A stretch of DNA of 64,000 bases from positions 96,001 to 160,000 of the forward strand of contig JBHLKM010000001.1 of NCBI GenBank assembly GCA_048886685.1, in the 5' to 3' direction. The notes below the pieces were generated by a model that was given only the letters and a program-made list of their open reading frames with translations, ran no database searches and was not told the origin of the DNA. This stretch comes from Candidatus Hodarchaeota archaeon (GTDB taxonomy: Archaea > Asgardarchaeota > Lokiarchaeia > Sigyniarchaeales > SOKP01). A program made the position numbers and the translations under genes. Below are positions 48,686-58,708 of the stretch, piece by piece (the stretch's first letter is position 1; every line of letters begins with the position of its first letter).

Positions 48686-49216
48686 ATTTTTGTAAAGGTA
48701 TATGTGTGTAAAATATGTGGAGAAGCTTATATTGGAGAGGAAGCACCAAGTCGCTGTCCATTTTGTGGAGCTTTCGAAAAATATTTTGTAGAATCAACAG
48801 AATATGATGATACAGGTGCTTGGGATGTAGAATTAAATGAAAAAGATAAAAAGAATGCTGAAAAAGCTTTAGAAGTAGAGATATCGAATAACATTTTTTA
48901 TAACTGTGCTAGTAAAAAGACTCCCGAATTAGATGGTCAGAAGTTATTTAAAATCCTTGCTAAAGTCGAAGCTGAACATGCATCAGTTTGGAAGAAAATA
49001 TTGAAGCTCGACAAGGTAGAATTCCCAAAATACGATGAATGTGCTGCTGAATATAAGCCGAATCTAGAGGAATCTCATAGTAGAGAAGATAGAGCTATAA
49101 AATTTTATGGTCAGGCAGCAGCGGAGGCTAAAAATCCACGAGTTAAGGAGATTTTTGAAGCTTTTGTTGAAGTTGAAACGGATCATTTACACCTTTCTGA
49201 GGAAAGACTCAAGTAA
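48686..49216 (+). CDS. Rubredoxin-ferritin (reverse rubrerythrin-type) protein, probable ATT start
   Basis: YVCKICG..CPFCGA plus ExxH motifs (EAEH, ETDH); GGGGTGA 6 nt before ATT 48686. Confidence 0.85.
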   Translation: MFVKVYVCKICGEAYIGEEAPSRCPFCGAFEKYFVESTEYDDTGAWDVELNEKDKKNAEKALEVEISNNIFYNCASKKTPELDGQKLFKILAKVEAEHASVWKKILKLDKVEFPKYDECAAEYKPNLEESHSREDRAIKFYGQAAAEAKNPRVKEIFEAFVEVETDHLHLSEERLK

Positions 49217-49476
49217 ACTAAATTTATTATTTTAAAAATTAAAGTAAGTTGTTCCAATACCAGATTAAGAATGAAAAACTCAAAAAAAATTTTTAGTTAT
49301 ATAAAATGTGAAAAATAAGGATGTCATTCTTTTTGTGATAGATCAGCATCACTTTTTTTTCACAGAAATTTTTATTAATAATTATTTCAAATTTTATAAT
49401 TGAATTTGCTTTACTTTAATTAGATTAATTATTAAAATATATTTTTAAATGGAAATATCATTTTGTGATCTTTTAA

Positions 49477-51981
49477 ATGCATAAAATTAATATAAGTCAA
49501 GATAGCAAAAAAGAAGGACCAAGATTTCCTATTGCAGAACCTCATGATCTCTCTCCTCGTTCGAAATGGCTTAGAGATTATTATTTTAAGGGAATCAAGC
49601 GAGAGTGGAATAACCAATTTATGCCATTTACAACAGGAACAGATTGGGATATTGTTTTCCATGAAGGAGATTTTTATGTAACACCTGAATTGTATTATTA
49701 TATCCAGATATTAGGAAAAAATGATAATGGTGTATTTGCTTCATCTTTTAGATCAATGGCTATACCAGTAGAATTATCAGATAACTTTTGGGAATTATCT
49801 CTTCCCGAACGGAGGGCCTTATTTTTCGAAAAAGTCATGCTTGATTATATTCCTCAAGAAATTATTTCTGAAAATGATTTAATCGCAGGCGGAAGATTTA
49901 ATACACAACTAAGCAAATGTTTTAGTAAAGAAGAAGCAAAAGAATATTGGAAAAAAAATATAAGAAATCGAGAAGCTATTTTTAATTTTCATAAATCTGG
50001 TTTCGGAAATCTGGGAGCAACTTCAGGTCATATTATTCCGGATTATGAGACTGTTGTTAAAGAAGGATTTAAATGTAGATGTCAAAAAGCTAAAAAAATA
50101 TATGACAATCTAAGTGAAGAGGAAAAAAATGGTTCAAAAGGAGAAGAACTTAGGGCAATGATGATATCGGTAGAAATTCCAAGAAAACTAGCAAAAAAGT
50201 ACTCTGAAGAATGTCGAAGATTGAAAGTAGAAGCCACTAAACCTGAAAGAATTGAAGAACTTGAACAAATGGCAAAAAATTTAGAGAGAGTACCATGGGA
50301 ACCTGCTGAAACTTTTTGGCAAGGAATTCAAGCAATTTGGCTTATTCATATGCTAGTAATGGCTGAAGAATCTTATCCTGGAGCAGGCCTTTCTTTTGGA
50401 AGAATTGATCAATACTTGTGGGATTTATATAAAAAAGATGTTATTGAGCAAAAGATAATTACAAAAGAGTTTGCAAAAGACATTTTAGGAAGTTTCTGGT
50501 TTCATTGTAATACTGTATATGACGCAATGATTAAAGCTGGCAAGCAAGGGATAACATCAGCATTTGGTCAAATTATAACACTCTCTGGTTGCGGTCCAAA
50601 TGGAGAGGACTTAACAAATGAACTAACATACCTTATGCTTGAAGTTATAGATTCTTGGTACCCAAGCCTCGAGCCCAAACCGAATGTAAGGATTCATAGA
50701 AATACTCCTGATAGGCTTTTAGATGTTTTAGTAGAAATGATTTCAAAAGCTCAGGGCTCTCCATTCATTCTAAATTTTGATGAGAGGAGTATTGCTGGTT
50801 TGATTAAAGAGGGCATACCCAAAGAAGAAGCATGGAATTATGGAGTAGTAGGCTGTTTAGAAAATACTATGCAAGGCAATGACAGAAGTGGGACTGTAAA
50901 TTGTAATCCTAATTTAACGAAATCTATAGAATTAACATTGTGGAATGGGCAAAATATGCCTGGAAGTAATATAACTACTAAAATTGGTGAACAAATTGGA
51001 CCAAAATCAGGAAATCCCGAAAAATTTCAAACATGGGAAGAATTTTATAATGCTTGGAAAAAACAAATCAAATTTATCATTAAATACACTGTAGATGTCA
51101 ATAATTTGTGTGAAGAACTTCGAGGAAATTATATTCGTACTCCATACTTGTCATCTATGGTGAGGGGATGTATAGAGCAAGGTTTGGATATTACAAATGG
51201 AGGTCCCGAATTGAGATATGTTACTGTTGAAGGTGTGGGATTTGCGACAACAGTAGATTCATTATTGTCAATTAAAAAGCTTGTTTATGAAGATAAGAAA
51301 TATACAATAGCACAGATTAAAAATGCTATTATTAATAATTTCAAAGGATACGAAATAATGCAAACTTACTTAAAGAATAAAGCCCCTAAGTATGGAAATG
51401 ATGAAGATGATGCAGATGCATTAGCTAGAATGGTAATGGAAATGTGGACAGAAGAATGTTGGAAATATAAAACACCAACCAATTACCAATATCGTCCGGG
51501 AATGTTATCATGGAACTATTGGGCAGGAGTTGATGCTAGTTATACAATAGCTACTCCAAATGGACGAAATAATGGATCATTTCTGTCAAATGCTATTTGT
51601 CCTACTGATGGAGCTGATATAAAAGGACCTACAGCAGTGACCAATTCTGTGGGTAAAGTATTAGGAGGCAAAACTGAATCCGGAGAATATATTAATTGTT
51701 TACCAAATGGCGCAAGTCATACTATAACATTTAATCCAGCCTTAATTAGAGATCCAGAGCATAAAAATAAATTAAAAGCTTATTTAAGAGGTTATATTGA
51801 AAATGGGGGTAGTGCTCTACAAATCAATATTCTAGATGCAGAGATGTTAAAAGATGCTCAAAAACATCCTGAGAATTATAAGAATCTTTTAGTTAGAGTT
51901 ACCGGTTACAATGCATATTTCACTACTATTGGTAGAGAATTACAAAATGAGATTATCGCAAGAGAATCTCATGGAATCTAG
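49477..51981 (+). CDS. Glycyl radical enzyme (PFL-like family, substrate unknown)
   Basis: SFGRIDQYL, VGCLE thiyl loop, PKYGND, ATPNGR, LVRVTGYNAYF glycyl loop. Confidence 0.93.
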   Translation: MHKINISQDSKKEGPRFPIAEPHDLSPRSKWLRDYYFKGIKREWNNQFMPFTTGTDWDIVFHEGDFYVTPELYYYIQILGKNDNGVFASSFRSMAIPVELSDNFWELSLPERRALFFEKVMLDYIPQEIISENDLIAGGRFNTQLSKCFSKEEAKEYWKKNIRNREAIFNFHKSGFGNLGATSGHIIPDYETVVKEGFKCRCQKAKKIYDNLSEEEKNGSKGEELRAMMISVEIPRKLAKKYSEECRRLKVEATKPERIEELEQMAKNLERVPWEPAETFWQGIQAIWLIHMLVMAEESYPGAGLSFGRIDQYLWDLYKKDVIEQKIITKEFAKDILGSFWFHCNTVYDAMIKAGKQGITSAFGQIITLSGCGPNGEDLTNELTYLMLEVIDSWYPSLEPKPNVRIHRNTPDRLLDVLVEMISKAQGSPFILNFDERSIAGLIKEGIPKEEAWNYGVVGCLENTMQGNDRSGTVNCNPNLTKSIELTLWNGQNMPGSNITTKIGEQIGPKSGNPEKFQTWEEFYNAWKKQIKFIIKYTVDVNNLCEELRGNYIRTPYLSSMVRGCIEQGLDITNGGPELRYVTVEGVGFATTVDSLLSIKKLVYEDKKYTIAQIKNAIINNFKGYEIMQTYLKNKAPKYGNDEDDADALARMVMEMWTEECWKYKTPTNYQYRPGMLSWNYWAGVDASYTIATPNGRNNGSFLSNAICPTDGADIKGPTAVTNSVGKVLGGKTESGEYINCLPNGASHTITFNPALIRDPEHKNKLKAYLRGYIENGGSALQINILDAEMLKDAQKHPENYKNLLVRVTGYNAYFTTIGRELQNEIIARESHGI

Positions 51982-52029
51982 AAATTTTTATTAATTTTAT
52001 ATTAATACTTAAGTCTAAAAAAAATTTTA

Positions 52030-53019
52030 ATGATGACGACATCTGAAGCTTTAATTTTTCAAATTCAGAAATTCTCAACTGAAGATGGCCCAGGAATCAG
52101 AACAACTGTATTTTTTAAACATTGTCCCTTAAGGTGCATATGGTGTCATAATCCTGAATCCATACTTAAAAACCCTCAACTTGAGTGGTTTAAGCATAAA
52201 TGTATAGGATGCAAGACATGTTTAGAAACATGTCAACATGAAGCATTATCTTTTGATAAGAATGGGCTAAATATTGATAGAGATAGATGTACACAATGTG
52301 GAGAGTGTGTTGTAGAATGTCCCTCTACTGCATTAAATATGTTGGGTAGATGGTGGAAGTTAGAAGATCTTTTTTATGAAGTTGAAAAAGATAAGGTTTA
52401 TTATACTGAATCTAATGGAGGAATAACTGTTTCTGGTGGTGAACCCACCCAACAAGCTGAATTTGTCGCGGATTTTTTAAAAAAATGTAAGGAAAATGGA
52501 ATATCTACTGCTATAGATACATGTGGATATGCATCAAAAAGGATCTACGAATTAATTTTACCATATGTAGATTTAGTGCTTTTAGATATAAAACTTATAG
52601 ATTCTGATAGACATAAAGAATTTACAGGAGTTCCTAATGAAGTAATATTGGAAAATGCTATTTGGATTTCTAATTATTTAAAAGGAAAAGGCAAAAAAAT
52701 GTGGATAAGAACTCCAATTATCCCTCATTATACCGCTATTGATGATAATGTTAAAGGAATTGGAGACTTCATTGTAGAAAAATTACAAAATTTTCCTGAT
52801 AGATGGGATCTGCTGAGTTTTAATCGGTTGTGCACTGAAAAATACTCCAGATTAGATATAGATTGGATTCTTAAAGATGAACCATTACTGACAAAAGAAG
52901 AGATAGAACATTTTCTTAAAATTGCTGAATCTACAGGAGTTAAAAACCCTCGTTGGTCTGGATTAATAAGGAGTATTGAAAATAATCCAAATAAAGAATT
53001 AAAATCAACTTCTAAATGA
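52030..53019 (+). CDS. Glycyl-radical activating enzyme with 2[4Fe-4S] insert
   Basis: DGPGIRTTVFF..CPLRCIWCHNPE, two ferredoxin Cys motifs, SGGEP, DTCG. Confidence 0.93.
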   Translation: MMTTSEALIFQIQKFSTEDGPGIRTTVFFKHCPLRCIWCHNPESILKNPQLEWFKHKCIGCKTCLETCQHEALSFDKNGLNIDRDRCTQCGECVVECPSTALNMLGRWWKLEDLFYEVEKDKVYYTESNGGITVSGGEPTQQAEFVADFLKKCKENGISTAIDTCGYASKRIYELILPYVDLVLLDIKLIDSDRHKEFTGVPNEVILENAIWISNYLKGKGKKMWIRTPIIPHYTAIDDNVKGIGDFIVEKLQNFPDRWDLLSFNRLCTEKYSRLDIDWILKDEPLLTKEEIEHFLKIAESTGVKNPRWSGLIRSIENNPNKELKSTSK

Positions 53020-53063
53020 TGATATTTATTAAAAAAATGATTAAATAATTAACTTGAGGAATT

Positions 53064-53942
53064 ATGAGTGATAATATTGATAAATTTGGTTGGATTTCTG
53101 AATTTTCGGATAAACTTATAGAATTTACTCAACCAGATGTGATGGTAAAATTAATATCAACTATAGATTCACGTGATTGGCCCCATATTACAATTATTAC
53201 ATCAAATCGGGCTATAAGCAGAGATCAAATAGTATGGGGACAGTTCTTTATGGGTATTAGTAAGGAAAATGTGCAAACAAATCCAAAACAAGGAATGTTA
53301 TACATGACTGCAGAGCCTCCTTTCAAGTTCATCCAAGTAAAAGCTAAATTTGATCATTCGAAAACCGAAGGAGATGACCTTGAATATTTTAATCGATCAG
53401 AATTTATGCGGTATTTTACATATATAAACGTTTATAAAGTTTTTTATAACAAAGTTGTATCTGTGACTCCCATTAGAGATTTACCACCGGGTATTATACC
53501 AAAAAAAACGCTTAGAATCATTAAAAATGAAGCAAAAACCGGACTAGATGAGAAACGATTAAATGTTATAGGATACAAACTATTTACAAATCCTATAGGT
53601 ATTAGAGCGATTGCATATATTGATCCATCAGATGGTTATCCTATTATTCTCCCAAATCTTCAGCTCAATGCTGTTGATCATAATAGACTCTTTTTTCCTT
53701 TAACAGCTTTAAGAGAAGATTTGTTGCAGATTCCTGTTGATTCAAAAGTTGCGATAATTAGCGCTAACTTTGATATGGCTAGCCAAGTAGTAAAAGGAAC
53801 ATTTACTAGTATTCAAAAAGTCGAAGATATTGAATATGGATTAGTAGATATTGAAGAAATTTATAATAGTTCACCCCCTATTCCTGGTAAAATTTACCCT
53901 GAAACTGAAATAAGACCGAAAGTTACTAAATTTACTCTCTAG
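53064..53942 (+). CDS. Tandem PNPOx-like (FMN-binding split barrel) protein
   Basis: Two repeats: KLISTIDSRDWPHI..S..N...NPK and AIAYIDPSDGYPII. Confidence 0.6.
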   Translation: MSDNIDKFGWISEFSDKLIEFTQPDVMVKLISTIDSRDWPHITIITSNRAISRDQIVWGQFFMGISKENVQTNPKQGMLYMTAEPPFKFIQVKAKFDHSKTEGDDLEYFNRSEFMRYFTYINVYKVFYNKVVSVTPIRDLPPGIIPKKTLRIIKNEAKTGLDEKRLNVIGYKLFTNPIGIRAIAYIDPSDGYPIILPNLQLNAVDHNRLFFPLTALREDLLQIPVDSKVAIISANFDMASQVVKGTFTSIQKVEDIEYGLVDIEEIYNSSPPIPGKIYPETEIRPKVTKFTL

Positions 53943-54010
53943 CTTCTTTCTCTTTCATAGAGAAATTAAAAATGACAAAATGAAGAAAATAACAAAAGTA
54001 ATAATATTAA

Positions 54011-54715
54011 ATGAAAATGTTTGATTATCAAGATTTTGGGCTGAAGAAAGATAATTTATATGAAATTATTGCTACAACTTATTCAATAAATTCAGAAAAT
54101 AAAGCTATTAAGCCTAATGCTTCCTGTATGGGTATTAGAATGATAGAGGGAAATCAAATCCAGATATCGCCTTTCTATAGTACCGCAACCTATAAAAACC
54201 TTAAGGAATATGGTACGATTGCAATTAATTTCGTTGATGATGTTTATTTATATGCTCTAGCAGCTTTAAAAGAGCCATTTTCCCCTATTGGATTGACAGA
54301 TTTTCCTTCAAATTATTATGATTTTAAATATTTAGAATCTCGTATGAAGGATGTGCCTTATATTAAGAAGGCATGGGGAATTCTAATTGGTGAGGTTTCA
54401 CATGAATTTCAAAAAACTAAGTTAGATAAATTTGGAGAAGCTATAATACCAGTGTTTAAATTAAATGTTATTTATTCTGAAAAATTTCAAGAGTCGAGTA
54501 AATTATTCAATAGAGCTGAAAATCTAGCTTTAGAAACAATTATTTTAGCAACCCGTTTAAAAATTGCCAAAGAAAACAATAACCAACCTCTTCTTTCTAA
54601 AATCCATGAAAAAATAATCGATCATATGGAAAATATTGAAAGATTTGGAAAAAATAAAAATGCACTAAAAACTATAGAATTAGTGAATAAATATATAAGT
54701 AGAATAATAGGTTAA
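54011..54715 (+). CDS. DUF447 family protein
   Basis: EIIATT, PNA..MGI, T..NL, FNRA..LE..I.ATR. Confidence 0.8.
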   Translation: MKMFDYQDFGLKKDNLYEIIATTYSINSENKAIKPNASCMGIRMIEGNQIQISPFYSTATYKNLKEYGTIAINFVDDVYLYALAALKEPFSPIGLTDFPSNYYDFKYLESRMKDVPYIKKAWGILIGEVSHEFQKTKLDKFGEAIIPVFKLNVIYSEKFQESSKLFNRAENLALETIILATRLKIAKENNNQPLLSKIHEKIIDHMENIERFGKNKNALKTIELVNKYISRIIG

Positions 54716-54728
54716 TCCGATTATTTGA

Positions 54729-55124
54729 CTATTGCATTTCTTTAATTTTTTCAATGTACATAAGAGGATACTGCATTTCTTCGATCCAATCAATTTTTGC
54801 ATTTACTTCAATATTCTCATATCTAAGGACTACTTCTGCGCGAATAATCTTTCCTGTAATCTCGTCATAATCGAATTCTGTGAATTTAGTTCCTACAATT
54901 TTATCTCGATCCAAAATTATTCGAACAGATTTAACGAATGGTTGACATGAAATAGCTGCTTCAAATCCTCTTTCTATGGAATCAATAATCTTTTCATCCG
55001 AACTTATAGGAATACCAGAGAGGATATGATAAAGGGCACCTAACTTAATACCTGTTTCAAAACAAGCCCTTTCTCTTGTACTTAAATCAGGGGAAAAATA
55101 TATTTTTTCATTGGATTTAGGCAT
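54729..55124 (-). CDS. mptD: Archaeal dihydroneopterin aldolase
   Basis: RERACFETGIKLGALYH, QPFV, YPLMY. Confidence 0.9.
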   Translation of the reverse strand: MPKSNEKIYFSPDLSTRERACFETGIKLGALYHILSGIPISSDEKIIDSIERGFEAAISCQPFVKSVRIILDRDKIVGTKFTEFDYDEITGKIIRAEVVLRYENIEVNAKIDWIEEMQYPLMYIEKIKEMQ

Positions 55125-55129
55125 TTACA

Positions 55130-56140
55130 TCAGTCAATATATTCGATTTTTGCTCCACTATTATTCGGTTTACAGATATAGATATGACCTCCTCCATTTT
55201 TTTGGTTTTTTTGAACTGCTTTTAAGAGATCTTCTGCTTCTGTATCGGATTCCACGATTCCTACAACACTAGGTCCAAATGAGGACATCCCATATGCTTT
55301 TAAACCATAATCTTCAAAAAATTTCAAAAGATTTTTAACAACATCATGTTGAAGTTCAATTTCAATTTTTTTAAAACCTAAGCTCTGAATTCTTTTTAAA
55401 CCTTCTCCAAAGCCTTTTAAATTGTTTTTAATTAGATTTGGAATGATCTTCATTAATATCTGATGAGATACCTCATTTACCTCGTTTTTAGGAATTGGAG
55501 CATAATTTTGAAATACACTAATCTCCTCATCCCCATACGCTCCTTTCTTTACATTAGGGATTACTAAAATAAATCTCCAATTTTCAGGAATATCGTGTCT
55601 TGAAATAGTTAATGCTGGATTAGCAGAAGACGCAGCAGATGATGGTAAAAAAGTCTCTTTCTCTTTACCTTTACCAAAATCATGCCCACCATCTAAAATA
55701 AAACCTCCAGTTTCAAAACCCCTCCATCCAATCCCAGAAGTACCTCCTCGTTCTACTAGTTGTGTTAATTGTTCAGTAGTTAATCGATTAAGACTCTTTA
55801 ATTTTGTTATTGCACAGGCAATTGCCAAGGATAATTGAGTTTTTGAACCTAATCCTACGTGTGAGGGGAAGTACCTTTTTAGTTTGAAGTGAAAATTTTT
55901 GTTACTGATATTAAATGTTTTGAAGACTTTAGAAGCGATTTCATTTATTACTTCAATGGATTCTCGATAATATCTATGAGTTTCAATTTTAAATTCTCTT
56001 GCACTATTTGAAGCTTCAAGTACTACATTAGGACGGTCTAACATAAGTCCAATACCACCATCAACCCTGCCAGTATAACCATTCTCATCTATTAAAGAAA
56101 GGTGTATCCGACAGGGGGTTGTAATTCTTAAAGAAGTCAT
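55130..56140 (-). CDS. mptG: Beta-ribofuranosylaminobenzene 5'-phosphate synthase (GHMP family)
   Basis: TPCRIHLSLID, GRVDGGIG, HVGLGSKTQ, RGGTSGIG, GGFILDGGH, SSFGP. Confidence 0.92.
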   Translation of the reverse strand: MTSLRITTPCRIHLSLIDENGYTGRVDGGIGLMLDRPNVVLEASNSAREFKIETHRYYRESIEVINEIASKVFKTFNISNKNFHFKLKRYFPSHVGLGSKTQLSLAIACAITKLKSLNRLTTEQLTQLVERGGTSGIGWRGFETGGFILDGGHDFGKGKEKETFLPSSAASSANPALTISRHDIPENWRFILVIPNVKKGAYGDEEISVFQNYAPIPKNEVNEVSHQILMKIIPNLIKNNLKGFGEGLKRIQSLGFKKIEIELQHDVVKNLLKFFEDYGLKAYGMSSFGPSVVGIVESDTEAEDLLKAVQKNQKNGGGHIYICKPNNSGAKIEYID

Positions 56141-56360
56141 ATTTTTTATTTTTAGAAAGGTTTGATCAACTATAATTATGAATTTTTAAAATAATTTAAA
56201 TCTTTGATATGTATTTATTGGCAGAAAAGTGAGTTAATAGGCTTCTAGGGATGAATTTCCTAATAAAATGAGACCACACAATTCCTTTCGTAGAAAAAAT
56301 TCAGAAAAAAATATTGGTTTCATTGAGCAAGATATTTTAAAACTTCTTAATTTAGTTTAA

Positions 56361-57782
56361 ATGAATATAGATTGTTTTAAATCTAAAAAGGTTATATTCT
56401 TGAGTGATTTAGAAGGTTTAACCAGAAGGTTAATGAATAAAGGGATAAAAAAGGAAGATATTGTAACACGCCTTGTAGATGAATATCTTGATTTTAAAGA
56501 TATTGAAAAAAAGTCCGCAATCCCACTTGCTGAGGCAATTTATGAGGAATGTAAAAATAGTGATATAAATTCTGTGTCAGATCCATTTATAAGATATCTT
56601 TTAGATATTAATAAAGCTAATGTAACTGTTGGTAAACAAGGTGTAGGATGCAGAGGAATAGGAGATTTTTTCGTTCATAAATTAATAGCAGGATTATCAG
56701 AGACAGAAACTAAAGCTTTCTTAGCACCAAGTTCGCTAGATGATGCAGGTGCAGTTCGCTTGAAAGACATCGTGGGTTTTAGTAATACAGAAGAAGGTTT
56801 AATAATTGTTTCCAAAATGGAGGGTGTTCATTCTCGTCTAAGTGATTTCCCTTTTGTTTGTGGATTTCATGTAACCCGTGCTTGCCTTAGGGATTTATAT
56901 GTCAAAGGAGCAAAACCTATTTCAATAATGGTTGATACTCATTTGGGAGATGATGCTGATGTCGGCAAGTTATTCGATTTTATGGCAGGAGTTTCTACAA
57001 TTTCAGATTTAGCTAATGTACCAATCACCGCAGGTTCAACACTTAGAATTGGGGGTGATATGGTAATAGGAGATCGCTTAGTTGGGGGGATTAGTGCTGT
57101 TGGAGTCTGTGATCGAATTCTCGCTAGGAGAAATATAAAATTGGGAGACAAAATACTAATGACTGAAGGTGCAGGAGGAGGGACAATAACTACGACAGCT
57201 ATATATTCCGGAAATCATAGTGTTGTTAAAGAGACGATGAACATTAAATTTCTTGAAGCTTGCGAAGTTTTATTAAATTCTGAATATCTAGATGAGATTC
57301 ATGCTATGTGTGATGTTACAAATGGTGGTCTAAGGGGAGATCTCTATGAAATTAATTATGAAGCCAATTGTGGGGTCACAATTTATGAAGAAAAAGTAAG
57401 AAAGCTTGTAAATCAGAATGTTCTGGATTTACTCAAGAAAGTAAATGTAGATTATTTAGGGGTTTCTTTAGATGCACTGCTTATTTATTGTTCTAAAAAT
57501 GTCTCAAATAAGATTATTTCAGATTTAAAGCAAGTTAATATTAAATGTGCAGAAATAGGATATGTGGATAACTCAAATAAAGTTAAGATGGTATATGCCA
57601 AACATAAACAAGAAAATATATTACCTCGTTTTCGAGAGTCAGCATATACAAAGATAAAGCAAGAAATTGGCGAAGAAACTCCTAATTCTATAGAAGATAT
57701 GGAAAAAAAAATTGAAGAAACTGCCTTAAACGCAATAGAGAAACGTAAAAGAATAATAGAATTTATAAAAACGACAAATTGA
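56361..57782 (+). CDS. AIR synthase-related protein (PurM-like; real start probably TTG 56400)
   Basis: DLEG, GVGCRG.GDF, DDAG, HSRLS..P, GSTLRIGGD, DVTNGG.RGD, FRES.YT. Confidence 0.85.
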   Translation: MNIDCFKSKKVIFLSDLEGLTRRLMNKGIKKEDIVTRLVDEYLDFKDIEKKSAIPLAEAIYEECKNSDINSVSDPFIRYLLDINKANVTVGKQGVGCRGIGDFFVHKLIAGLSETETKAFLAPSSLDDAGAVRLKDIVGFSNTEEGLIIVSKMEGVHSRLSDFPFVCGFHVTRACLRDLYVKGAKPISIMVDTHLGDDADVGKLFDFMAGVSTISDLANVPITAGSTLRIGGDMVIGDRLVGGISAVGVCDRILARRNIKLGDKILMTEGAGGGTITTTAIYSGNHSVVKETMNIKFLEACEVLLNSEYLDEIHAMCDVTNGGLRGDLYEINYEANCGVTIYEEKVRKLVNQNVLDLLKKVNVDYLGVSLDALLIYCSKNVSNKIISDLKQVNIKCAEIGYVDNSNKVKMVYAKHKQENILPRFRESAYTKIKQEIGEETPNSIEDMEKKIEETALNAIEKRKRIIEFIKTTN

Positions 57783-57791
57783 AGTCTATTA

Positions 57792-58616
57792 TTAGCTTAA
57801 GTCAAGGACTTCATTCATTGATCCAGAGCGAAAACCTTCTAGATCAACTGTTATATAAGTAAAGCCTAGGTCTTTTAACTTATTCTTAATTTTTTCCATA
57901 TTTTCCTTTGTTAAAACTCTTGGAAGATCAGCTGGCAATAATTCAATTCTTCCAAGATTATTTTCATGCAACCTGACTCTCAACTGTTTTAGATTGAAAG
58001 TAATTTTTAAATACTTTTCTGCTTCTCTTATCATTATTAACTTCTCTTTATTAATGATTTGCCCATAAGGAATCCGGGAAGAAAAACAAGCCATTGAAGG
58101 CTTAGATTGAACTGTTAAATCATAAAATTTACTGAGTTCTCTTATTTCATTTTTGTTTATATTATAATCTATATATGGTGTAGAAATCTGTAAATCTTTT
58201 AAAGCTTGCATACCTGGCCTAAAGTCTGAAAGATCATCTATATTAGAACCATCTAGAATTACATCAAAGAGTCTTGAGTTTTTTATTTCCATTATATCAT
58301 TATAAAGACCAGTTTTACAGAGATAACACCTATTTGTAGGGTTACATTGGAATTCTGAGTCTTCTAATGGATCTCTATCCATTATCATGTGTTGTATGTT
58401 ATATTTCTCAGCAAACTGTTTAGCCTCTTCGATTTCTTCATCGGGATAGAGTATAGATTTTTCTGTTATAAGCAAAGTTTCTTTAGCATATTTACTTGAA
58501 AGAAAAGCTAATAATGAACTATCAACTCCTCCAGAAAAAGCTACTATAACTTTTTTTCCTTTTAAAAAGGATATAACATTTTCAAGTTTAGTATATAGGT
58601 TCTTGGTTAAACCCAT
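57792..58616 (-). CDS. larE: ATP-dependent sacrificial sulfur transferase LarE family
   Basis: AFSGGVDS PP-loop, RCYLCK, DGSN.DD..D.RPG, KPS.AC.SSR.PYG, QLRVR.H, GFRSGS. Confidence 0.9.
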   Translation of the reverse strand: MGLTKNLYTKLENVISFLKGKKVIVAFSGGVDSSLLAFLSSKYAKETLLITEKSILYPDEEIEEAKQFAEKYNIQHMIMDRDPLEDSEFQCNPTNRCYLCKTGLYNDIMEIKNSRLFDVILDGSNIDDLSDFRPGMQALKDLQISTPYIDYNINKNEIRELSKFYDLTVQSKPSMACFSSRIPYGQIINKEKLIMIREAEKYLKITFNLKQLRVRLHENNLGRIELLPADLPRVLTKENMEKIKNKLKDLGFTYITVDLEGFRSGSMNEVLDLS

Positions 58617-58708
58617 TTTTATTCTCTTTTTTTTTTTAAAAGTGTTATGGCCCACATTTTTTTAAAAAATTGAAAAAAAAAAAGGTTTTTGATAATAGTT
58701 TAAAATTT

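Noticed and set aside
49330-49370. GTGAT..ATCAC inverted repeat plus T-run before the GRE gene
   Set aside because: Short stem; could be a terminator or operator but is not distinguishable from chance.
49477-51981. Calling the GRE pyruvate formate-lyase (pflB)
   Set aside because: Lacks the adjacent Cys-Cys pair; the single-Cys GCLE loop indicates another class.
58617-58690. Poly-T/poly-A tracts upstream of larE as a phase-variation switch
   Set aside because: They lie outside the likely coding start (58616) and are better explained as the U-rich terminator of the upstream gene in an AT-rich genome.
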